64,000 bases of DNA from positions 30,259 to 94,258 of the forward strand of contig DATLXS010000100.1 of assembly GCA_035575675.1 (NCBI GenBank), given 5' to 3'. Of this stretch, positions 51,901 to 61,000 are shown piece after piece. The notes below the pieces were generated by a model that saw nothing but the letters and a program-made list of their open reading frames with translations, was not told where the DNA came from and made no database searches. Source of the stretch: Gemmatimonadales bacterium (lineage in GTDB: Bacteria; Gemmatimonadota; Gemmatimonadetes; Gemmatimonadales; GWC2-71-9). A program made the translations under genes and the position numbers. Numbering within the stretch: the stretch's first letter is position 1; each line of letters opens with the position of its first letter.

Positions 51901-54900
51901 TCAAAACGCATACCGCAGCGTCAGCTGCACCTGGTAGTTGCTCGCCAGCGTCGACCTGGCGATAAACGCCTTCGGCTGCAACGTCGTCGCGTCATACAGC
52001 CGCGTGTCGAACGTGAACACCGGCTGCGACGTGCTCAGCGGTCCGGCCGTCCGCGCGCTCTGAATGAGCGCCGACTGGTTGTTGAACACCGGGCTCAGCG
52101 TCGGCAGCTTGATCTGGCCCCAGCTCGGGTCGAGCAGGTTGAGGAAGTTGAAAATGTCGAGCTGCAGCGACAGCGCCTGACCGCGCACCGACGGGATCGC
52201 CTGGCGAATCGACAGATCGAGCCGGTTCTGGAATGGCGAGCGGCAGCTGTCCCGCCCCATGATCCGGCCGCGCTGGCGGTCGAGGCAGGGCTGCGACTTG
52301 ATGAAGTTCTCGAATGCCTGTGCCTGGGAGACGTTCTGCGTGAAGACGCCGGTCGCGGCGGCGTACGTCCCGATCAGGATCTCGCTCGGGTCCGTGGCGT
52401 TGCGCGGCACGTAAATCGGGTCGTTGCCGTTGACGAGATCGCCGTTCAAATCGCCGTTGGTCACGTAGACGAACGGCACGCCCGACGTTCCCTCGTAGTA
52501 CAGCGTGATGTCGGTTTTCCACGGCAGCGTGTAGGTGCCGTACGCGAGGAGCCGGCTCGGCCGCGAGAACACCGACGTCGTGGCCTCGAGGTCATCGTGC
52601 GAGGTCGAAAGCTGCCGCGCATTCCGGAAGTTCGAGATCGCGCGGTCCGATGTGAGACTCTGCACATCCATCGCCTTCATATAGGTATACGCGACGGTCG
52701 CTTCAAAGTGGTCGGAGAAGCGCCGGTGGAGCTGGCTGGAGATCGAGTAGTTGTAATCCTTCGACTGGTTCGTCACTTCGATGATGCCTTCGGTGAACTG
52801 CACACCGCGCAGCGACCTGAGCCACCGCTGCGTTGTGTCGGTGACGGCACCGGTTGCACTGATCGTATCGGCGTAAAGCACCCGCCCGTCGCGGTCGGTG
52901 TAGGGAACTCCACCGACCAAGCGCGGGCCTTTGAAGTTCGCATCCTTGACGAGCACGCCGTTGATGGCCTTGCGATACATGCCCTCGACAGTGAGCACGA
53001 ACCCCGCCGGCAGCTGACGGTCAAACCCCAGTGACAGGCCCAGGTACTGCGGATACTTGAAGTTCGGATCCGTGATGTTCACGCCGAGGGTGCCGGCCTG
53101 GCCGGGACCCGGCGCGGGTTGGCCGGCGCATGACGTCGGCAATGCGCTGACGTCGACGGTGAACGCCGGCACCGTCGCCGGCGTGGTGCAAGCCAGCCGG
53201 ACCAGGCCGAGGCCCGTGTTCGCGTACGCGTTCCCCAACAGGAGGTAGGGCGGGGGCCCGGTGAATACACCGATGCCGCCGCGGATCTGGTTCTGGCTCA
53301 AGCCACCCGGGTTGTAGTTGAATCCGATCCGCGGCGACAACAGCACGGAGCTACCCGGCTTCGTGCTGGTACTGATGGTAAACTGCCCGCCCGATGCGGA
53401 ATCGAGCTTCACGCGCAGCGTGTCGTTCTGCGAAGGCGTCTCGGGCAGGCTCGGAATGTCGGCGCGCAGCCCGGCCGTGATCGTCAGGCGATCGTTCACT
53501 GCCCACTGATCCTGGCCGTACAGGCTGAACACTTTGACGTGGAAGTCCGCGGGAATGTCGGCGGGGTTCCGGCTGTTGGCGTAGCCGACGGCGTAGCCTG
53601 CCGCCCGGCCGGCGATCAGGCTGTCGGTGTTGAGGAATTTGTACACACCGAACGAGCCCTGAGCGAAGTTATTGAAGATGTGCGTGAAGTCGAGCCGCCC
53701 GCCGAACGTCAGCGTGTGCGCCCCCTTCGGGATCGTGAAGTTGTCGACGGTCTCGAAGATCGACTGCTTGAGCAAATTGCCCGGGGAGAATTGTTCGGTG
53801 CCGAAGGTCACCGAGCGGCGCAACGCGCCGACCTGCACGCCGACGGTGATTTCCGGTGCATCCACGGGAACGATACGCTCGTCCTTGATCGTGCTGTAGC
53901 CGACGATCAGCTCGTTCGACATCCCGTTCGAGAAATTGGAATACAGCTGGGCGGTGGTGGAGTTGTTCTTCGCGTCGCGCTTGATCGCGTTCGTCCCGAG
54001 ACGGAAGCCGGAATTCTGGACCGTCGGGTCGGCGTTGAACGTGTTGACGTTGCGCGAGAAGTCGTCCTGCACGTCGTGGTTGATGATCTGCCGGATCACG
54101 AAGCGGTGGACCGGGGAAATCTGGAAATCGAGCCGGCCAAACAGATTCGTGAGCGGCGTTTCCTTCTCGACCGGACCGGTGGCGCCGGCGTTGAAGCCGT
54201 AGGTCTGCATCGCGGTGGTGATGCGCGTAATGCTGTCGAGGGGAACGGCGGGATCGTCCGGCGCGGGCGAGGGCTGGCCGGAGAGGTAGTAGGGCCCCGC
54301 CGCGGGGTCGGTCCGCTGCTGCCACTCGGGTGCGATGAAGAATTGCAGCCGGTCCTTGATGATCGGCCCGCCGAGGTTGAAGCCGTACTGCTTCACGTTG
54401 AACGCGGGCTTGCGGAGCGGCGCGCCAACGAGCTGGACGCCGGCGAGGGCATCGCTGTTGCGGTAGGTGTAGAGCGCGCCGCCGTGCAGCTCATTGGTGC
54501 CGCTCTTCGTCACCGCGTTGACGAGCATGCCGGCAAAGCTGCCCTGGCGCACGTCGGTGGGTGTGAACAGCACCCGGAACTCCTTGACGGCGTCGAGGGA
54601 GATGATCTTGCCGCCGGCGCTGCCACCCGGCACGCCGTTCGTGGCGCTGAGATTGAAGCGCTCGCTCTGGTTCGCGCCGTCGATGGTGATGGTGTTGAAT
54701 CGATTGTACGCGCCGGCAGCGCTTGCCGCCCCGCTGGCCGGATAGACGACCTGCGGCGCCAGCTTCAGCTGATCGATGAAGTCCCGGCTGAACGTGGGGA
54801 TCCGCTGTACCAGCGTATCGGAGATCTGCGTCGAAACGCCCTGCCGCGTCGGGGCGAAATCCGGAGTCGCCTCGCCGTACACCGGTTTGGCTGCCAGCTC

Positions 54901-55260
54901 GATGGCCTGTGCGACCAGCTGCGGATCCACCTTGGTCTGCTCGGAGAGATTGACGACGATGCCGTCACGGGTGAATGGCTGGAATCCGATGGCGCGCACC
55001 GCGACCGTGTACGGCCCCCCCACTTCCAGGCCTTGGATCAGATACTGGCCATTGCTTCGGCTTCGCACCGTCGTTGTGAAACCGCTGCCGCGGTTCGTGA
55101 CTTGCACGGCCGCCTCGGCTACCGGCTGACCATTGGCATCCGTCACCTTCCCGGAGATCGCGCCGGTGGTCACGCCCTGCGCGAATGCCGCGCCCGGCTG
55201 GAACAGGGAAACAACGGCCAACGCCCCGAGGGCGCGGCAGGATCGAACGATCCAACGCAT
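51901..55260 (-). CDS. TonB-dependent receptor with carboxypeptidase-regulatory-like N-domain (Oar-like)
   Basis: Signal peptide; TGAISGKVTDANGQPVAEAAVQV..GQYLIQGLEVGGPYTV; a long barrel with terminal LTLRYAF. Confidence 0.9.
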   Translation of the reverse strand: MRWIVRSCRALGALAVVSLFQPGAAFAQGVTTGAISGKVTDANGQPVAEAAVQVTNRGSGFTTTVRSRSNGQYLIQGLEVGGPYTVAVRAIGFQPFTRDGIVVNLSEQTKVDPQLVAQAIELAAKPVYGEATPDFAPTRQGVSTQISDTLVQRIPTFSRDFIDQLKLAPQVVYPASGAASAAGAYNRFNTITIDGANQSERFNLSATNGVPGGSAGGKIISLDAVKEFRVLFTPTDVRQGSFAGMLVNAVTKSGTNELHGGALYTYRNSDALAGVQLVGAPLRKPAFNVKQYGFNLGGPIIKDRLQFFIAPEWQQRTDPAAGPYYLSGQPSPAPDDPAVPLDSITRITTAMQTYGFNAGATGPVEKETPLTNLFGRLDFQISPVHRFVIRQIINHDVQDDFSRNVNTFNADPTVQNSGFRLGTNAIKRDAKNNSTTAQLYSNFSNGMSNELIVGYSTIKDERIVPVDAPEITVGVQVGALRRSVTFGTEQFSPGNLLKQSIFETVDNFTIPKGAHTLTFGGRLDFTHIFNNFAQGSFGVYKFLNTDSLIAGRAAGYAVGYANSRNPADIPADFHVKVFSLYGQDQWAVNDRLTITAGLRADIPSLPETPSQNDTLRVKLDSASGGQFTISTSTKPGSSVLLSPRIGFNYNPGGLSQNQIRGGIGVFTGPPPYLLLGNAYANTGLGLVRLACTTPATVPAFTVDVSALPTSCAGQPAPGPGQAGTLGVNITDPNFKYPQYLGLSLGFDRQLPAGFVLTVEGMYRKAINGVLVKDANFKGPRLVGGVPYTDRDGRVLYADTISATGAVTDTTQRWLRSLRGVQFTEGIIEVTNQSKDYNYSISSQLHRRFSDHFEATVAYTYMKAMDVQSLTSDRAISNFRNARQLSTSHDDLEATTSVFSRPSRLLAYGTYTLPWKTDITLYYEGTSGVPFVYVTNGDLNGDLVNGNDPIYVPRNATDPSEILIGTYAAATGVFTQNVSQAQAFENFIKSQPCLDRQRGRIMGRDSCRSPFQNRLDLSIRQAIPSVRGQALSLQLDIFNFLNLLDPSWGQIKLPTLSPVFNNQSALIQSARTAGPLSTSQPVFTFDTRLYDATTLQPKAFIARSTLASNYQVQLTLRYAF

Positions 55261-55354
55261 GGATGGACCTCTCCTGAGAGGGAACGAACACCGGGTGCTG
55301 GCGACCATCGAGACGGGGAGAAAGTCGCCCGGCCTCGCAGGCCCGTCAAGGACG

Positions 55355-56497
55355 TTAGGTAGGCGCTTTACGCAGCAGATACACGGCCGCGACACCAACG
55401 AGAAGATTCGGCGTCCACGCCGCGAGCATCGGAGGCAACACACCGCCCGCGCCGACCGCCTTCGCGAGCTGAAACATCAACAGCACGATGAAGGTGGTCG
55501 CCAGACTCGCGGCGACGCCCCAGGCCGCGCCGCTCTTGGGGCTCGAGATCGCGAGCGGAGCGCCGAACAGCGCGATCAACAGACAGATGAACGGAATTGC
55601 GATCTTGAGCGCCAGCTCCACCTGCAGCTTCTTGGCATTCGAGCCGCTGCGCGTCAGCGCGTCGATGTAGCGGCGCAACTCGCCGTAGCGCATTTCGTCC
55701 GGCCCCTTGGGCTCGGCGAGAAGATCCACCGGCCGCTCGCTCAGCGTGCGCGACTGCAGCGAGTCGAACTCGAAGGCGGACTCCCCGCCCGGCTCGTTCC
55801 CCGCGAAGTAGCGCAGCGCGCCGTGATGCAGCGTCCAGCGGGGCGGGCGCGTCTTGACGGTGTCGTTGTAGACGGCGCGCTGCGCCGCGAGCACAATCGT
55901 GGGATACGCGAGGCCCACGCCTTCGCGCTCCAGCATCACGTCCGTCATCTCCTTCGAGCGCAGCTCGAGCGCGCGGATCGCGTAGACCCAGCCGCGGTCG
56001 GCACGATACACGAAGTTGTAGCGCGAGCTGGTGGAGCGAATCGCTTTCTCTCCCAGCATTTCGAGCCGGTGTGACGTCGCGACCGGCGCGATTTCGCCGA
56101 GCAGGAGGGCCGCCGCGAACGCGACGCCGGCCGCGGCGAACAGCGGCCGGACGAGCCGGTGAAACGAGATCCCCGACGCTTTCGCCGCCGTGAGCTCGGA
56201 ATGGCGGCCGAGCGCGCCGACCGTGAACACCGTGGCAAACAACACCGCGACGGGCAGCACGAGGAACATCTTCTCCGGCAGATCGAAGACGTACGAGAAT
56301 GCGACCGTCCCCGGCTTGATCCCGCGCGCCATGTACTGGTCGAGTTTGTCGGTCAGATCGATCACGATGACGAGAATCGGGAAGCCGAGCAGCGTGATGA
56401 GGAGGACCCGCAGCCACTCGCGCAACAGATAGCGATCGAGCGTCCTCAACCTCAACGCGGAACTCGGAACTCGGAACGCGGAACGAAGCCGGATCAT
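55355..56497 (-). CDS. LptF/LptG-family LPS export permease (downstream member, lptG-like by order)
   Basis: YLLREWLRVLLITLLGF N-terminus, YjgP/YjgQ topology, and ATGA overlap with the upstream paralogue. Confidence 0.8.
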   Translation of the reverse strand: MIRLRSAFRVPSSALRLRTLDRYLLREWLRVLLITLLGFPILVIVIDLTDKLDQYMARGIKPGTVAFSYVFDLPEKMFLVLPVAVLFATVFTVGALGRHSELTAAKASGISFHRLVRPLFAAAGVAFAAALLLGEIAPVATSHRLEMLGEKAIRSTSSRYNFVYRADRGWVYAIRALELRSKEMTDVMLEREGVGLAYPTIVLAAQRAVYNDTVKTRPPRWTLHHGALRYFAGNEPGGESAFEFDSLQSRTLSERPVDLLAEPKGPDEMRYGELRRYIDALTRSGSNAKKLQVELALKIAIPFICLLIALFGAPLAISSPKSGAAWGVAASLATTFIVLLMFQLAKAVGAGGVLPPMLAAWTPNLLVGVAAVYLLRKAPT

Positions 56498-56527
56498 ACG
56501 TTCCGCGTTCCGCGTTCCGCGTTCCGC
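56457..56527. repeat. 29-bp inverted repeat made of tandem GGAAC(G/T)C heptads, spanning the lptF/lptG junction
   Basis: Left arm GCGGAACTCGGAACTCGGAACGCGGAACG; right arm CGTTCCGCGTTCCGCGTTCCGCGTTCCGC; 27/29 positions complementary. The 13-nt loop contains the stop/start overlap. Confidence 0.9.
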
Positions 56528-58014
56528 AATCGCCCCACCCAGCCGAACAACGCCTCTTTCAGCTCATCCCAATCGCCGCCATGCGCGGTGCCTCCGGCGC
56601 GCCGCACGCTGAGGAGCAGCGGGATCGCGACGATCAGGAAAATGAGATTCGGCCACCACATCGCGAGGAACGGCGGAAGAATGAGCCGGTCGCCCAATTC
56701 CTCGCCGCCGATCAAGCCGACGTAGTAGATGGAAAACACCGCCAGGCTGGTCCCGATCACGAGTCCCACGCCGCCGCGCGGATAGCGGATTGCGAGCGGC
56801 ATGCCGAGCAGCGCGAAGATCACGCAGGCGGCGGAGATCGCCAGCTTCTTCTGAATCTCGACTTGGTAGACCGCCGCGCGCTGGCGGGCGGCGCGGAGCC
56901 GCTGGTTGTATCCCGCCGCCGTCTGCGCCGTGTACGCGAGGTTCGTGACGGCGCTCGGCGGCGGCCGCCGTCCGCCCCCCCCCCGGGGCGTGGCCTGGGC
57001 GGCCTGCGCGGTGCGCGGGCCAACGAGCCGCGCGATCATGCCGAGCACCGCGCAGTAGGTGGTGGGGGACGGGGGAGTGGTGTCCGCGGCTGGGACCGGG
57101 GTAGAGCGCGGCGCGAGCCTGGCGACCTGGCGCAGCTCGGCGGAGACCGCCGCGAGCGCCTCGACGCGCACGCGTTCCTGATCCTGCCGGGCCTGCCCCA
57201 CGACGTCCTGCATCGCGCAAATCGTCATCTCGCGATCGCCGCGATACTCGTCGTTCTTGGTCGGCTCGAATGTGTTGCTGACGCCCACGACCTTGATGCG
57301 ATTGACCGTGTAGAACGTTCTATTGAAGTGCTCCGGATCGGTGCGCTTGATCTCGTGCACTTCGCCGTCGCGGAGCGTCAGGTACAGGTCGGTCCCGCCG
57401 CTGGTGTAGGCCATGCGGCCGGAGTCGGCCAGGATGATGCGCCGCCGGTCGGGGTCCTCCAGATCGTAAATCGTCACATCGCTCAGCGTGTTCGCGGCAG
57501 GGTCAATGCGGGCGGCGCGCAGGAAGAACTGGCCCGCCACGACTTCGTTGATCACCTGCTCTTTCAACTGAAACGTCGGCTTCTTCCGCTGGATATCGAC
57601 GAGGAGCGTCCGCAGCGTGTGGTTCGAGCGGGGCAGGATCTGATCGTTCCAGATGAGCGCGACAACGGCGATCAGGGTCGCGCCACCGAGCACGGGTGCG
57701 AGCACGCGGCCGACGCTGATGCCGCTCGCTTTCATCGCCGTGACCTCGTTGTCGGCGGCGAGATGACTGAACGTGTACAGGACGGCCACCAGCACCGCCA
57801 TCGGCAACGTCATAGCCACGATGAACGGAATCGAGAGCGCGAACACTTCGAAGATGACGCCCCAGGGGAGGCCTTTGCCGACGAAGTTGCCGAACTGCTT
57901 CGCGATCTGATTGACGAGCATCGCGCACGTCAGCGCCGAGAGCGCGTAGAGGAGCGGAGGAATGTGTTGCCGCAGGATGTAACGGCTCAGGATGCGCACG
58001 GTTGGTCGCGCCAT
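56494..58014 (-). CDS. LptF/LptG-family LPS export permease (upstream member, lptF-like by order), with long Pro/Ala-rich insertion
   Basis: ILSRYILRQHIPPLLYAL N-terminus and YjgP/YjgQ topology. At 506 aa it is longer than typical. Confidence 0.8.
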   Translation of the reverse strand: MARPTVRILSRYILRQHIPPLLYALSALTCAMLVNQIAKQFGNFVGKGLPWGVIFEVFALSIPFIVAMTLPMAVLVAVLYTFSHLAADNEVTAMKASGISVGRVLAPVLGGATLIAVVALIWNDQILPRSNHTLRTLLVDIQRKKPTFQLKEQVINEVVAGQFFLRAARIDPAANTLSDVTIYDLEDPDRRRIILADSGRMAYTSGGTDLYLTLRDGEVHEIKRTDPEHFNRTFYTVNRIKVVGVSNTFEPTKNDEYRGDREMTICAMQDVVGQARQDQERVRVEALAAVSAELRQVARLAPRSTPVPAADTTPPSPTTYCAVLGMIARLVGPRTAQAAQATPRGGGGRRPPPSAVTNLAYTAQTAAGYNQRLRAARQRAAVYQVEIQKKLAISAACVIFALLGMPLAIRYPRGGVGLVIGTSLAVFSIYYVGLIGGEELGDRLILPPFLAMWWPNLIFLIVAIPLLLSVRRAGGTAHGGDWDELKEALFGWVGRLRNAERGTRNV

Positions 58015-58044
58015 TATATTCGGAACCCCAAGTCTCTACAAGGG

Positions 58045-61000
58045 ATGCGGCGTCTCGCCCAGCTAGTTGGACTCGCCCTCACGCTCGTCGTACCCCGGGT
58101 TCATGCGCAGGCTCCTGTGTACACGTTTGGCGTGCCGCCACTCGCTCCGCCGCGCCATCCCGCACTGGCGCCCGGCGGCCGCCTCGGCGCGCGAGTCCCC
58201 CCGGCCCTCGTCGCGCAAGCGTGGGCGGAACGCGTGCTCGCGCGACGTCGTCCAGTTCTTTCGCCGCCCTTCGCCGCCCTTTCGCCGCCCTCCGCCGCCG
58301 CCGTTAACGCCGCCCCTTCGCCGCCCCTCGCCGCCGCTCCTAACGCCGAGCTCGGCATGCAGCTCAACCTGCGGCTGGAGCTCAAGGCGGATCAGTTCCG
58401 CAACCTGCGCTGCACGTCGCAGGAGGTCCAGCTCACACTGTCGGGGTGCAATTCGGGATTCCCGACGATAACGCCGAACCCGCAGTACGCGATTCGGAGC
58501 GCCGGCGTCGTCGGCGAGCGGTTGCACGTCGACGTCGACTTCGACAGCCAGCGCGAGTTCGACGCCAACAACAACCTCCATGTCTGGTACGAGGGGTTGG
58601 AGGACGAGGTCCTGCGCCGGGTCGAGGCGGGCAACGTGACGTTCCAGGCGCCGCCGTCGCGGTTCATCACGGCGCAGGTTCCGGCGAACAATTTCGGCAT
58701 CCAGGCGATCGCGCAGGTCGGCCCGCTCGAGCTGCGCGGCATCCTGGCGCAACAAAAGGGCAACATCGTCAAAGACCGCTTCTACAGCGTCGGCGACGTC
58801 ACCAGCCAGCCGCTCGACCGCGAAGCGCGCGATCTCGACTATGAATCCGGCCGGTTCTTCTTCGTCATCGATCCGGCGGCTGTCCCGGGATATCCCGCCC
58901 TCGACATTCTGCAACTCGACCAAATCCCGCGGCCCGATTCCCTCACGGTCGGCGCGCTGCGCGTCTATCGCCGTCGCGCCGTCGCGCCCAGCGCGACCGG
59001 GAACCAGAACGTCGGCGGCGTACGCGCGGTCGCCTGTGCGCCCGGCCTCCGGGCGGTCGATTGCAGCATCCAGCGCGAGGGCCCGTTCGAGTGGGAAATC
59101 CTGCAAGAGGGCAAAGACTACTACGTCGATCCCACCGGAACGTGGTTTGCGCTGGCGAACCGGCTGGACCAGAGCGACTACCTCGCCGCCTCCTACATCT
59201 CGGCGAGCAGGACCGATTCGGTCGGCACATTCCCCGTGGATGCGCGCAGCGACACGGCGGTCGTGGACACGCTGCGCCTGTTGTACGACCCCAAACCGGC
59301 GGTGACCGCGGCGTCGCCGACATTCCGGTTCGAAATCCGCAGCGCGTACCGCGTGGGTGGGCGGGAGATCGATCGCACCAGCGTCGCGCTCACGTTGAGC
59401 GTGAACCAGCGGGAGCGCGGTGCGGGCGGCGACACCTATCTCCAGCGCCTGGGCCTCGCACTCCAGAACGACGGGACTCTATTCGATCAGTACAACCGCC
59501 TGTTCCCCCGCACCCGCGACCCCAACCAGGGCGATCCGGTGCGCGATCTGTTCATCGTCTTCCCGCACCTTATTCCCTTTGCCGACTCGACGCGGCTGTC
59601 CGCCACAGAACGGAACGACTCGCTGTATCGCACGCCCAGGGCGTATCTGGCCACGCAGGGACCGCCGTCGGTTTTTGCGCTCCGCCTGCACGCCGACGCG
59701 ACGGCGTCGCCCGACCGCTCGCTCCTGTCGTTGAACAGCTTCCAGATCCGCGAAGGGAGTGAGCGCCTCTACCTCGGTACGCGGCTGCTCACGCGCGAGA
59801 CCGACTACACGATCGACTACACGACGGGGCAGGTGCAGTTCAAGAACCCCGATGCCCTGTTCCAGGGAGGGTCGGCGCAGATCCGCGCCCAGTTCGAGGA
59901 ACGCGCTGCATTCTCGCTCGCGCCCACGACCACGTACGGGCTCTCGGCGCGCTACGACCTCGGCGCCGTCGGGCAGGTCAACCTGCTCGGCATCTTCCAG
60001 AACGAGCAGAGTACCTACACCCGGCCGCCGCTCGGTTTCGAGCCGTCGTCGGGATTCATCGGCGGCATATCGACGGAGCTGCGCTTCCAGCCCGAGTGGA
60101 TCACGCGCCTCATGAACGCGCTCCCCGGCGTCCATACGACGGTCCCCTCGGCGCTGAGCGTGAATGGCGAGCTGGCCATCTCGAAGCCGTCGCCCAATCG
60201 CTTCGGCCAGGCGTACATCGAGGAATTCGAGGGCGGCGACGCTCGCTCGATCAGTCTCGCCGACAACACGTGGCATTGGAGCAGCATTCCGACGTCGGTG
60301 CGCGGCGTCGAGCCGCTCGGCTTCACCACCGCCTTCGACCCCAATCAAGCCGCGTTTCTGACCTGGCAGAGCCTGCCCTACCAGCAGAGCGGCGGCCAGC
60401 TCGCGCCGCTGCAGTTTCTGCCGCAGCAGATCGATCCCACGCTGCGCTTCACGGGACAGACACAGGCCGCCGAGCCGGTGCTGTGGCTGACCCTCAAACC
60501 CGACAGCATCCTCGGCCTCGCGAACACCGCCGGGATTCCGAACTGGACTCGTGCGCCGCAAAACGCGCCGCGCTGGCGCTCCATCACCCAGACGCTGTCG
60601 GCCACCGGTGTCGATCTCTCGCGCGTCGAGTTCCTGGAGCTGTGGGTCTGGGAAGACGCGCCGCGCACCGCCCGCGCGAACGGGACGACGCTGCTGTTCG
60701 ACTTCGGCAGCGTGTTCGAGGACGCGCTCGCGTTCGTGCCGGAGACCGTGAAGGTGAGTCTTGCGGGAGACACGAGCTACGCCGGCGTGCGGCGCGTGGG
60801 CGCCGGCCGCCTCGACTCCGAGCGCGATCCTCGCACGCAAACCTGGAGCGCGACGCTGAACGATGAGGGAATTCTCTCCGACCGCTTGGTGGACGGCATC
60901 TTCGACGCCACGCGCGGCGCCGTGGTGGATACGCTGCCGCTCTGCTCGGCCACCCAGAACGGCCAGTTCGTCCCGTTCACCTTCGGGGATCTCCGGTCGC

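Noticed and set aside
53539-55362. 607-aa plus-strand ORF
   Set aside because: It is a shadow frame opposite the Oar-like TonB-dependent receptor, with Arg/Gly/Val/Asp-rich, motif-free sequence.
56457-56527. CRISPR array
   Set aside because: The units are 7 nt, directly abutting without spacers, arranged as two inverted arms inside coding sequence, and no cas genes are present. The same reasoning excludes the decamer (58261-58302) and octamer (51881-51903) repeats.
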